A stretch of DNA of 44,067 nt from Chloroflexota bacterium (GCA_005883775.1 VBEU01000162.1:1-44067), one strand, 5' to 3'. Shown: positions 1-8,815, numbered from the stretch's first letter. Translations and numbers: made by a program. The notes: generated by a model from the sequence alone, not told the origin.

Positions 1-2
1 AG

Positions 3-482
3 CGGGTTGCGCCAGGCGGTCACGCGTACGGAGTCGACATGACCGACGAGATGCTCGCGGTGGCCCGCGGAAATCAGGAGAAGGCCGCCGTGAGAAACGC
101 GACGTTTCTCAAGGGGACCATCGAGCGGATCCCGCTCCCGGAGGCCAGCGTCGATGTCGTCATCTCCAACTGCGTGATCAACCTGGCCGCGGACAAGCGC
201 GCGGTCCTCCGCGAGGCCTACCGCGTCCTCGCGCCGGGCGGCCGGTTCGCGGTCGCGGACATGGTCGCCCTTGCGGAACTCCCCGCGGAAGTCAAGCGCT
301 CGCTCGATCAGTGGGCCGGCTGCGTCGCGGGGACGATCTCGATCGGCGACTACACCACAGCGCTGCGCGACGCTGGTTTCCGCGACGTCGACGTCGAGAT
401 CACACGCGAGACGCGCCTCGAGGGCGTCGACGGTGCGATCGCGAGCGCATACATCCGCGCGCGAAAGGAGGCCACTCCATGA
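3..482 (+). CDS. arsM: Arsenite S-adenosylmethionine methyltransferase (5' truncated by window edge)
   Basis: Frame is open from the window start (RVAPGGHAYGVDMTDEML). ArsM-typical motifs: VDVVISNCVINL with Cys, L(A)PGGRFAVAD, and WAGCVAG with the second catalytic Cys. Confidence 0.9.
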   Translation, partial: RVAPGGHAYGVDMTDEMLAVARGNQEKAAVRNATFLKGTIERIPLPEASVDVVISNCVINLAADKRAVLREAYRVLAPGGRFAVADMVALAELPAEVKRSLDQWAGCVAGTISIGDYTTALRDAGFRDVDVEITRETRLEGVDGAIASAYIRARKEATP

Positions 483-556
483 ACGAGCCCTGCTGCCCCG
501 CTCCCTGCTGCCCTGCCCCGGACTGCTGCCCGCCCGACGAGGCGCCCTGCTGCTAG
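479..556 (+). CDS. 25-aa Cys/Pro-rich peptide MNEPCCPAPCCPAPDCCPPDEAPCC, putative metal(loid)-binding peptide
   Basis: AAGGAGG at 465-471, 7 nt before ATG 479. ATGA overlap with the arsM stop. Four CC pairs; TAG at 554-556. Confidence 0.7.
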   Translation: MNEPCCPAPCCPAPDCCPPDEAPCC

Positions 557-580
557 CCAACTAGAATCTTTCGCACCCGA

Positions 581-1618
581 GTGCGTGATGTGATCGGGCA
601 GCGTCGCCTGCTCGCTCGTCTGGGCGAGAAAGCGCTCGAGGGCGACGTGGCCCATGCGTATGAGCTCAGCGGCCCGCGGTCGATCGGCAAGCGAACGGTG
701 GCCATCCGGCTGGCGCAGACCCTTTTCTGCACCAGCGAGCCACGCGCCGCCGGTGGCTGCGGGATCTGCCTTGCTTGCCGCAAGGTCGAGCATCTCACCC
801 ATCCCGACATCCGGCTGGTCACACGGCTGATCGACCTCGAGAAAGACTCCGACAAGAAGCTCATCGCGATCGAGCAGATCCGGGAGATGCAGCAGGACCT
901 CGCGCTCCGCCCGCTGGAGGGGAACTGGCGGGTGGTCATCATCGACGACGCGGCGGATCTCTCCGAGCACGCGGAGGTCGCGCTTCTCAAGACGCTCGAG
1001 GAGCCCCCGATCCACTCCGTCCTCCTCCTGTTGACCCCGACCCCGGCGCGCCTGCTCGAGACGATCCGCTCCCGGTTGGTGCCGCTCCCGATGCGACTCG
1101 TGCCGACCGCGGATATCGCCGACGGTCTGAGCAAGCGGTTCGGCACCGATGCGCGTCGTCACGCTGCCGCGGGCGCGGGCCGGCCAGGTCTGGCGATCGC
1201 GCTCGCGAACGACGAGGCCGCACGAAAGGCGCGCCGAACCCTTGAGGCCGAGTTCTACAAGCTCGTCGGGAGCGGTCTCACCGACCGCTTCGCGTGGGCG
1301 GTCGATCTGGCAGAGTCCGAGCGCGACCCGCAGAAGCGCAACGACGTCATCCAGTCACGCCTCGTCGGATGGAGCGAGCTGGCGCGCGATGCCGCCGTCG
1401 CGGCGCACGGCGCTGAGGGAGCGCTGCGTCCGGACCGCGCGCGCGAGTCGGCCGCACTCGCGAAGGCGGTCGGGCAGCGCGAGCTCGTGGACCTCGCGCT
1501 CTCGCTCGATCGGTGGAGGCGTGACGTCATCGAGTCGAACGTGAACGCGCGGATGTTGCTCGAGCTTCTCGCGTTACGGCTTCCTTACGCCGCCGCGTTC
1601 GCCGGAGGGGCTGCATGA
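581..1618 (+). CDS. holB: DNA polymerase III subunit delta-prime
   Basis: HAYELSGPRSIGK degenerate Walker A, Zn motif C..CGICLAC, HPD, ALLKTLEEPP, TIRSR. TAGAAT -10-like box at 562-567. Confidence 0.92.
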   Translation: MRDVIGQRRLLARLGEKALEGDVAHAYELSGPRSIGKRTVAIRLAQTLFCTSEPRAAGGCGICLACRKVEHLTHPDIRLVTRLIDLEKDSDKKLIAIEQIREMQQDLALRPLEGNWRVVIIDDAADLSEHAEVALLKTLEEPPIHSVLLLLTPTPARLLETIRSRLVPLPMRLVPTADIADGLSKRFGTDARRHAAAGAGRPGLAIALANDEAARKARRTLEAEFYKLVGSGLTDRFAWAVDLAESERDPQKRNDVIQSRLVGWSELARDAAVAAHGAEGALRPDRARESAALAKAVGQRELVDLALSLDRWRRDVIESNVNARMLLELLALRLPYAAAFAGGAA

Positions 1619-2613
1619 TCACGCCGCGGACGGTGATCGGCGCACGGTTCATGAAGGCCGGCCGGATGTATTTCTTCGAGACGCGCGGCGTCGACGACGT
1701 CGACCTGAACGACTTCGTCATCGTGCACACGGAGCTCGGGGAGGACGCCGCCCGCGTCGCGATCCTGCCGACGGACTCGCCTCTCGTGATGGTCGACCCG
1801 CCGCTCGGGAACGTCGTCCGCAAAGCCACCGGCGCGGATCTCTTCGCGCTGAACAAGCACAAGCGGATGGAGGAGGACGCGACGAGAGCCGCCGCCGAAA
1901 TGGCTCGCGCGCGAAACCTTCGGGTGAAGATCCTTGGGGCGGACTGGCAATTCGATGGGTCGAGCCTCGTCTTCTTCTTCTCGAGCGATGAGCGGCCCGA
2001 CCTCAGCGAGCTCAACGCGGCATTGGCTGCGCACTTCGGCACGCGCATCGAGTTCCGGCGGATGGGCGCGCGCGACGAGACAAAGGTGATGACCGGCGTG
2101 GGCACATGCGGCCGTGAGCTGTGCTGTTCCTCGTGGCTCGACAAGTTCTCGAACATCTCGATACGGATGGCCAAGGAACAAGATCTGCCCCTGAATCAGT
2201 CGAAGCTGACCGGCGTGTGCGGGCGGCTCAAGTGCTGCCTGATCTACGAGCTCGAGACCTACCAGGAGGTGAAGGGCAAGCTGCCCAAGCTCGGCGACAC
2301 CTTCCACATCCCCTCCTGCGTGAGCGGCTCGTGCGGGACCTCCGGCTGCGCCACGACGCAAGGGGTCAACGTGGTGAAGGAATCCATCGTCGTCGGGATG
2401 GTCGACGGGACGCGCAAGGAGCTCACCGCGACGGAGCTTGGCGTCACGTTCACGGCGATACCGGCGCACACGAAGGGCGTCGGGAGCTACGGCAGCGACG
2501 AGGTCCCGCGTCAGGAGCGCCCAACGCCGATAACGGAGACCGGCGACGGCCAACGCAAGCGCCGTCGTCGTCGCGGAAAGCGTCGCGGCGGCAGGGGCGC
2601 GCCGCCGAGCTAG
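1615..2613 (+). CDS. ricT: PSP1-domain / RicT (YaaT) family Fe-S regulatory protein
   Basis: RIEFRRMGARDE, GxCGRELCC, MAKEQ and GVCGRLKCCL motifs. Directly downstream of holB with ATGA overlap, as yaaT is in Bacillus. Confidence 0.88.
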   Translation: MITPRTVIGARFMKAGRMYFFETRGVDDVDLNDFVIVHTELGEDAARVAILPTDSPLVMVDPPLGNVVRKATGADLFALNKHKRMEEDATRAAAEMARARNLRVKILGADWQFDGSSLVFFFSSDERPDLSELNAALAAHFGTRIEFRRMGARDETKVMTGVGTCGRELCCSSWLDKFSNISIRMAKEQDLPLNQSKLTGVCGRLKCCLIYELETYQEVKGKLPKLGDTFHIPSCVSGSCGTSGCATTQGVNVVKESIVVGMVDGTRKELTATELGVTFTAIPAHTKGVGSYGSDEVPRQERPTPITETGDGQRKRRRRRGKRRGGRGAPPS

Positions 2614-3080
2614 CCCGCGGCCCGCGCCTTTGCCAAGTCGCGCGTGAGCTGCGCCTGGCCGGCGTGCTCCGCGGTGTGCGAGATGCTGTGAACAAGCCGG
2701 TCGCGTACGGTCCCGCGAGTCCCCGGCCACCTGCGGAACGGAGGCTCGCGCTCTTCGTCGAGCCGGCCCTCGAGCCCGACGAGCGCGTCATCGATCCGGC
2801 GGCGGACTTCGCTCGCACGAGCGGCGAGGTGTGCCGCCCCGCCCTTCGCTGCGAACTCCGCATCGCGATTGCGCACGACGGTCTTTCCGGCTGCTTCTCC
2901 GACGACGTGCTGCTCCGCCGATCCGAGCGCATGGGTCACGAGCACGAGCAGCGAGTTCGCGCCCGGCGCCGGCGGCTTCCAGTTGACGGCCTCGTCGTCG
3001 AGATCGGCGATCGTCTCGAGGAGACGGTCGAACTCGTAGTCGAAGCGGATCCGAAAAGACTCGATCTCGAGTGAGCTCAT
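2610..3080 (-). CDS. DinB/DUF664 superfamily protein (thiol S-transferase-like)
   Basis: NSLLVLVTH...E and LVHSISHTAEHAGQA His pattern of DinB-like four-helix proteins. Confidence 0.75.
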   Translation of the reverse strand: MSSLEIESFRIRFDYEFDRLLETIADLDDEAVNWKPPAPGANSLLVLVTHALGSAEQHVVGEAAGKTVVRNRDAEFAAKGGAAHLAARASEVRRRIDDALVGLEGRLDEEREPPFRRWPGTRGTVRDRLVHSISHTAEHAGQAQLTRDLAKARAAG

Positions 3081-4060
3081 CAGCGCACGCGGCTCACAAC
3101 GAAGTCCGCGGCCTCGCGCAGAGCGTCGCGCTCCGGTCGATCCGGAAGCCGGTCGAGCGCGCGGAGGGCTGCGTCGTGAAAGGCAAGTGCACGCTGGCGC
3201 GCCCGTTCGGGACCACTCGAGCCACGGATCTCCGCGAGCAGCGCACGCATGTCGCTTTCGGTCTTGGCAGGGGCCAGGATGCGCGCCTCGAGGTCGCCGC
3301 CGGTGCCGTCACGTTCGAGGACGGCGTAGATCATCGGCAAGGTCGGCATCCCCTCGAGGAGATCCTGGCCGACGGCCTTCCCCAGCTCAGCCGCATCGCC
3401 GACGAGATCGAGGACGTCATCGGTGATCTGGAAGGCCATACCGAGGTTTGTCCCAAACGCTCCGAGCGCGGCGACATGATCCGGCTCGGCATCGGCGAGG
3501 AGAGCCGCTCCCTGGCTGCACGCCGCGTAGAGCGACGCGGTCTTCAGCTCGATGCGGTCGAGATACGCGGCCTCGCTGGGAAGGGACCGCGTCGCGGTGA
3601 TCTCGCCGAGCTCGCCATCGCAGAGCGCGAAGACGGTCTGCGCGACGATCGCGATGACCTCGGGCTTCGGTAACACGGCCGCGAGCGCGTAAGCCTTCGC
3701 GAAGAGGTAGTCACCGACGATGAGGGCCACGTCGTCGTTCCACTTCGCGTTCACGGTCTGAATGTTTCGGCGCATCTCGGCACGGTCGACCACATCGTCG
3801 TGCACGAGCGATGCGGTGTGCACGAGCTCGAGCGACTCGGCGAGGTTCAGAACGACGCCGCGGTCTTGACCCGGGCCGAATCGCGACGAGAGGAACACGA
3901 GGGTCGGCCGGAGCAGCTTTCCCGGAGTGGTGAAGAGATGCGCGACGGCATCTCGGAAGACGGGATGCGCGCCGCGGCCGACCTCGAGGAGGCGCCGCTC
4001 GAGCTCGCGCAGCTCGCTCTCGACGGGTGCGTAGAAGGAAGCGCTGGTGACCGCCCTCAC
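3080..4060 (-). CDS. Polyprenyl diphosphate synthase (HepT/IspB-like)
   Basis: GKLLRP, LVHDDVVD (FARM), KTA, FQITDDVLD (SARM). Confidence 0.92.
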   Translation of the reverse strand: MRAVTSASFYAPVESELRELERRLLEVGRGAHPVFRDAVAHLFTTPGKLLRPTLVFLSSRFGPGQDRGVVLNLAESLELVHTASLVHDDVVDRAEMRRNIQTVNAKWNDDVALIVGDYLFAKAYALAAVLPKPEVIAIVAQTVFALCDGELGEITATRSLPSEAAYLDRIELKTASLYAACSQGAALLADAEPDHVAALGAFGTNLGMAFQITDDVLDLVGDAAELGKAVGQDLLEGMPTLPMIYAVLERDGTGGDLEARILAPAKTESDMRALLAEIRGSSGPERARQRALAFHDAALRALDRLPDRPERDALREAADFVVSRVR

Positions 4061-4093
4061 GCGGCCGAGTCTAGGGACGAATCCGCGCTTTGC

Positions 4094-6357
4094 TTAGGGC
4101 TTCCGTGACGGCTTCGGCTGCGGCGTCGGTAGCGGTGGACTCGTCTGTCCCGGCGGCTGCGCCGATGGCGCACCACTCGATCCGGGTGAGGAGGACGGCG
4201 CGATCGGTCTGGGCGCGAACCCGCAGATCTGCCAGCTGAAGCGGCCGTAGCTGTACGCGCCGGAAACCGCGCCCGAGGCCCAGGCGTTGTAATCCCTCTG
4301 CCAGTCGAGGAACGGTGCGCGAAGGTTGATCCCGCACGAGGTGTAGAAGGTGCGGTCGTCGGTCGTCGGCTCGGTGCCCTGCACGTAGTGCTCGGTCCAG
4401 CGGAAGGTCGAAGGGCAGTACGGCCCGGGCAACAGGCCTGAGCCATTGCCGCCGTAAATGGAAGGGTTCACGCAAACGACCTTGTCGACGATCCCGTCCG
4501 GCCGCGGATACCAATCGGGCGGCAGGCTGGCGACGACGGTCTTCATGTAGTCACGCCAAAGCACGCCTGGACCGAGCGCCGATGAGATGCCGCGCATTTC
4601 CGAGTGGCCGTTCGGCCGATCGTCGTCCACGGACCGAACACGAAGGAGCCCTGCGGGTTGGTGTTGTCCTTCAGGATGTCATCCATGATCCAGGCGTAAC
4701 GCTGGTCGATCACGCGCCGTCCCTCGGGCTTGGAGTAGTCCTTCACGACCTTTCCCGAGGGGTCGACGATCTTCAGGATGAAGGTGGGATCGACACGCAC
4801 GCCCAAGTTCGCGATCGTCTGGTATGCACTCGCCATGTCGATGAGTCGCATCTCGCCCGCGCCGATCCCGAACGAGAGACCGAGCTGCGAGCGATCCCAG
4901 TCCCGGTTGATGCCGAGCTGATGGACCGTGTCGATGATCGCGTCGACGCCGACAAGACGCGTGACCTCGAGCGCGGGGAGGTTCAGGGATTCACGCAGCG
5001 CCTGACGGATGGTGACCGGGCCGTGCTGCTCCTTCGTCGCGTCCTTCGGGCTGTAGCTCTTGCCACTGCCGTCGGGCATGTTGAACTGGATGTCGTAGAG
5101 CTGGGTCGACGCCGTCATCCCCAACTTGAGCATGCCCGTCAGGTAGGTGAAGAGCTTGAATGTCGACCCCGGCTGACGGAAGGCGATGCCGGCGTGGTCG
5201 TAGTCGCCCTGTACCTGAGGGGTGTGCATGTAGTAGTCGTAGCTCCCGACGTACGCGAGGATCTCGCCGGTCGTCGGATCCATCGTGATGAGGGCGGCAT
5301 TGTTGACGTTGTTGCCCTTGAGGGCGTCGACGTGCTGGCGTACCTCTTTCTCGGCAAGCTGCTGCATGTTCCAGTCGAGCGAGGTGTAGACGTCGTACCC
5401 GCCGCGATAGGCCGCTTTCTCGCCGAGGACCTGCACGAGCTGCTCGCGGACCCGGAACGTGAAGTGCGGCGCGTACAGGGACGTCGTCACGGGCTTGACG
5501 ACGATCTCCTCGGCCTTCGCCGCCTCGGCCTCTGCCGCCGTCGCGTAGCCGTTGTCGACCATGGCGTCGAGCACGAGGGCGCGGCGCGCTTTCGCGCCTT
5601 CCATGTTTTGGATCGGGTCGTAGTCCGACGGCGCCTGGGGAAGGCCGGCGAGCAGCGCCATCTGCCCGAGGGTCAGCTGGTTCAGGTCGGTGACGCCGAA
5701 GTACGTGGCCGCGGCCGCCTTCAGTCCATAGGCCTGGTTCCCGTAATAGATCTGGTTGAAGTACATCTCGAGGATCTGGGACTTGCTGAACGTCCGCGTC
5801 GCCTCGACCGCGAGGATCGCTTCTTTGATCTTGCGCGTGAACGTCGGGTCGTCACCGAGGAGGCGCGTCTTGATCAGCTGCTGCGTGATCGTCGAGCCGC
5901 CCTGCGTAATGCGTCCGCTCGCGCTGTTGACCTGGATCGCGCGGATGATGCCACCGACGTCGACGCCGGGGTTGGTCCAAAAGGTCTTGTCCTCGATCGC
6001 GATCGTCGCGTCCTGCATCCGTTTGGGAACGGCATCGATCGAGATCAGATCGCGTCGTTCATCCGAGAGCGTGTAGAGGAGGTGCTGCCCGCTTCGGTCG
6101 TAGATGTGAGTGGTGAGGGGCACCGGCACCGTGGCGAGGTCGCTCGCGGAGGGAAGATCCGAGGCGAAGTAGCCGAACGTCGCGGCCGCGGCGACGCCGA
6201 CGAACGCGAAGCCGGCGAGGAGGACGGCCGTGAGGACGCCCGCGAACGTGCCGACCGGCCGCACCGCGCTGACGCGGCGCGAAAGGCGGCCGCCCGTACG
6301 GGCAGGAAAACGATAGGCACGGTAAGCCCGGCCAGGAGTGATCCCCTTGATGGACAT
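4094..6357 (-). pseudogene. Class A penicillin-binding protein (transglycosylase/transpeptidase), interrupted by an internal deletion with frameshift at about 4605 (possibly assembly artefact)
   Basis: TG motifs EDKTFW, QGGSTITQQL and RKIKE; TP motifs SxxK (GSTFK) and SxN (SLN). The KTG motif region is absent. The C-terminus (SEMRGISSALGPGVLWRDYM...) continues in another frame to the stop at 4094. Confidence 0.85.
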
Positions 6358-6378
6358 CTGGCTGTTTAACGCACCGGA

Positions 6379-6394
6379 TGCACGGTTCGTGCCA
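6379..6394 (-). promoter_or_regulatory. Sigma54-like -24/-12 promoter upstream of the PBP gene
   Basis: Minus strand TGGCACGAACCGTGCA has GG-N10-GC spacing and resembles TGGCACG-N4-TTGCW. It lies 21 nt before the ATG. Confidence 0.45.
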
Positions 6395-6414
6395 TTAGCC
6401 GAGACAGGGGTCGT

Positions 6415-6888
6415 CTAGCGCCGCGCAAAGCGTCCATGCAAGCGAGCGCTGAGAGCTGGCCAGCCCGCCGACGGGCGCGCTTCGAGCGATTCGCGGAGCG
6501 AGCGCTGCGCTTCCCGCGCATCGCCTTCCCACCCCTCGATGAGCGAGCGGTCCTCCGGGCGAAGCGAGTTCGCCGGCCCGCGCCGCTCCATCGCCGACTC
6601 CGCGAGCGACATGCGGTCGTAGAGCTTCGCGACCGCCGCCGCGGCGGGAGCCGCGTGCCGCGCCAGGGTCGCGCTGTACCGGGCGAACTCGCCGTTCTCG
6701 AGCGTGACCGCCTGCTTCGTCTGGTCGAACATCGTGGTGAGCTCGAGGTTTGCGGCGAGCTCGCGGTCGACGGCACTCACCGCGTCCGTCAATTCGCGCC
6801 GCTCCTCAGGATCGGGTACGAGCGGACGCGCGAGCCAGCCGACGACTGCAGCGACGGCGGCCACGATCGCGGCAACGAGATAGGGCAC
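6415..6888 (-). CDS. Hypothetical protein with N-terminal membrane anchor
   Basis: Hydrophobic N-terminus PYLVAAIVAAVAAVVGWL followed by a helical domain. Likely GTG start at 6888 (ORF open to 6921). Confidence 0.65.
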   Translation of the reverse strand: MPYLVAAIVAAVAAVVGWLARPLVPDPEERRELTDAVSAVDRELAANLELTTMFDQTKQAVTLENGEFARYSATLARHAAPAAAAVAKLYDRMSLAESAMERRGPANSLRPEDRSLIEGWEGDAREAQRSLRESLEARPSAGWPALSARLHGRFARR

Positions 6889-6937
6889 GCTCCCATCGTC
6901 CCACGTCCGCTCTGTATCCATCGCGCGGATGCGCTTG

Positions 6938-6955
6938 ATACATCGGATGTATGCT
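6938..6955 (+). promoter_or_regulatory. Palindromic operator ATACATC-G-GATGTAT overlapping a TATGCT -10 box
   Basis: Perfect 7-1-7 inverted repeat at 6938-6952 in the divergent intergenic region. TATGCT at 6950-6955 lies 7 nt before ATG 6963. Confidence 0.5.
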
Positions 6956-6962
6956 GCGGGCG

Positions 6963-8168
6963 ATGCTCCGACCGCGCGACCGCACGCTCGCGACGCCCTA
7001 CTTCCCCGTCGGAGGTCCCGTCCCCGCGGCCGACCTCGTCGGACGCGAGACGTACCTGCGACGGCTCACGGAGCGGCTCGAGGATGGCCAGCACGTCCTC
7101 ATCTCCGGGCCGCGACGCATCGGGAAGACGTCGATCATCATCGAAGCGCTCCGCCGGCTGCGCCGGCACGGCTCGTACACGGCCTACGTCGACTGCCTCG
7201 GTGCGACTGACATACGCGGGCTGGGCGAGCGCCTGGCGGACGCGGTCCTGCAAAACCTTTCGGGGGTCGAGCGGAGCTTCGAGCACGCCAAGGCGATCGC
7301 CGCGGGGATACAACCGACGGTGAAGGTGAAGTACGAGCACGTGGAGCTCGCGTTACAGCTCGCGCGCGAGACGAACGCGCAGCGTTTCTTCGAAGGCGCC
7401 CTTGACCTCGCGCAGGGCCTTGCCAAGCGCTCGGGCAAGCGCGTCGTGGTGGTGCTCGACGAATTCCAGGCCGCGGGACGGCTCGGCCCGCGCGTCTTCG
7501 ACGTCATGCGCACCCGCTTCCAGGCACACCGTGGTGTGAGCTACGCGTTCCTCGGCTCGGAGCAGGGCATCCTCGAGGAGCTCTTCAGCGCGAAGGGGCA
7601 CGCGTTCTACCGCTTCGCCGTGCCGCTCGACCTGACGGATGCGGGCGGTCACCGCTTCGGCATCGATCCCGACGACTGGCTCGAATACCTCCGCGCGAAG
7701 TTCGCCGCGAAAAAAATGACGATCGACGACGCGAGCATCGACCGACTCCTCGATGCGACCGGCGGCCACCCGCAGGACACGATGCAGGTTTGCGCCGCGC
7801 TCTACTACCTGATGCGCGATGCCGGTTCGCGAAGCGTGACGCCGGACCTTCTGGAAGTCGCCTACGAGCAGGCCATGCGCGAGTTGGAGCGGCCGTTCGC
7901 GCTCCATTGGACGGAGCTCGGCTCGCACAAGTACCTGCAGCAGGTCGCGAAACGGATCGGCCATCGCGCCGTGCTGTACGCGGCCGATGCGGAAGGCGGC
8001 GCCGTACCGCGGCCCGAGGTATTGCGCGCGCTTGCCGCTCTCCAGGAGCGCGGACTCGTCACCAGACTGGGGCGCGGCCGCTACGACTTCGTAGAGCCGA
8101 TGTTCGGCGAGTACGTCCGCCGCCTCGATGAGGGTCTCGTGGCGGCGGCTACTCTTCCGACGAGATGA
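6963..8168 (+). CDS. AAA+/archaeal-type ATPase (ATPase_2-like) with probable C-terminal winged helix
   Basis: LVGRE, Walker A GPRRIGKTS, Walker B VVVVLDEFQ, TGGHP, C-terminal ALxxLQERGLV..GRYDFVEPMF. Alternative start at 6951. Confidence 0.85.
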   Translation: MLRPRDRTLATPYFPVGGPVPAADLVGRETYLRRLTERLEDGQHVLISGPRRIGKTSIIIEALRRLRRHGSYTAYVDCLGATDIRGLGERLADAVLQNLSGVERSFEHAKAIAAGIQPTVKVKYEHVELALQLARETNAQRFFEGALDLAQGLAKRSGKRVVVVLDEFQAAGRLGPRVFDVMRTRFQAHRGVSYAFLGSEQGILEELFSAKGHAFYRFAVPLDLTDAGGHRFGIDPDDWLEYLRAKFAAKKMTIDDASIDRLLDATGGHPQDTMQVCAALYYLMRDAGSRSVTPDLLEVAYEQAMRELERPFALHWTELGSHKYLQQVAKRIGHRAVLYAADAEGGAVPRPEVLRALAALQERGLVTRLGRGRYDFVEPMFGEYVRRLDEGLVAAATLPTR

Positions 8169-8353
8169 GTCGCCGGCCTCCCATCGAGCTCCGCGCGGGC
8201 GTCAAAGTGCGATTTGGACCGGACCGCCGCCTCGGCGAGCTGGTGCGCTCGTCGCCGAACGGTGAAGAGTGGCTGGTGAAGGATCGATTCGGGAAGTTCT
8301 GGGTCGCGACGAACCGCCTGATTCTTGAGGATGAAGGGGCTGCGGCGCACTGA
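8165..8353 (+). CDS. Small hypothetical protein (62 aa), possible SH3/KOW-like beta-barrel
   Basis: ATGA overlap with the ATPase stop; alternating beta-strand-like pattern. Confidence 0.55.
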   Translation: MSRRPPIELRAGVKVRFGPDRRLGELVRSSPNGEEWLVKDRFGKFWVATNRLILEDEGAAAH

Positions 8354-8394
8354 GCGCCGCGACCCCTACCGCGCGATGTTTCCCGAGCCTCGCG

Positions 8395-8658
8395 TCAGGC
8401 GACTACGCCGCGCCGACCGCCCATGGCACGCCAGATCAAGAGCACGATGATCGCGCCGATGATCGAGCCGATGATGCCCGATGCTGACAGCTCCAGCGTC
8501 CCGCCGAAAATGAGAGCTGCGAGCGTGCCGCCGACGAACGACCCGACGATGCCGAGGATCATGGTGCCGAGCCAACCCATCGGGTCCGGACCGGGCACGA
8601 GCGCGCGCGCGATGAAGCCCGCGATCAGCCCGACGATCACGAAGCCGATAATGCCCAT
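8395..8658 (-). CDS. GlsB/YeaQ/YmgE family (transglycosylase-associated) membrane protein
   Basis: IVGLIAGFIARALVPG...LGIVGSFVGG...SIIGAIIVL pattern; GGAGGTG RBS. Confidence 0.9.
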   Translation of the reverse strand: MGIIGFVIVGLIAGFIARALVPGPDPMGWLGTMILGIVGSFVGGTLAALIFGGTLELSASGIIGSIIGAIIVLLIWRAMGGRRGVVA

Positions 8659-8693
8659 GCAGACACCTCCGTTTTAGTTACAGCCCTGGTGTC

Positions 8694-8709
8694 TGCAGCA
8701 ACCGTGCCG
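8694..8709 (-). promoter_or_regulatory. Sigma54-like -24/-12 promoter upstream of the GlsB/YeaQ/YmgE gene
   Basis: Minus strand CGGCACGGTTGCTGCA has GG-N10-GC spacing, 35 nt upstream of the ATG. Confidence 0.45.
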
Positions 8710-8721
8710 TCCGTGACGGAG

Positions 8722-8743
8722 CCGCCGCCTACTTGGACGGCGG
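8722..8743 (-). terminator. GC-rich hairpin immediately 3' of tRNA-Arg (possible terminator or processing stem)
   Basis: CCGCCG...CGGCGG stem; no U-tract. Confidence 0.3.
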
Positions 8744-8815
8744 TACCCCCGAGGCGAATCGAACGCCTGTCTACGGCTCCGGAGGCCGTCGCTCTATCCG
8801 CTGAGCTACGGGGGC
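8744..8815 (-). tRNA. tRNA-Arg(CCG); CCA end not encoded
   Basis: GCCCCCGTAGCTCAGCGGATAGAGCGACGGCCTCCGGAGCCGTAGACAGGCGTTCGATTCGCCTCGGGGGTA folds as a cloverleaf. Anticodon arm is ACGGC-CTCCGGA-GCCGT, T-loop is TTCGATT, and it is followed by CCG. TAGAAT -10 box at 8826-8831 (minus strand). Confidence 0.95.

Noticed and set aside
311..478. 81-aa ORF version of the Cys-rich peptide
   Set aside because: The upstream part overlaps arsM out of frame; the RBS supports the start at 479.
4582..6369. Long antisense or alternate-frame ORFs (e.g. 4582-6369 +, 28659-30119 +, 32180-33520 -, 34808-36388 -, 38495-40030 +)
   Set aside because: These are shadow ORFs of real genes, expected in high-GC DNA with few stop codons. 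They show no motifs and have Arg/Ala/Pro-rich nonsense composition.
8744..8815. tRNA-Arg as an integration site of a genomic island
   Set aside because: I saw no integrase, no duplicated tRNA 3' end and no evident compositional shift in the window.
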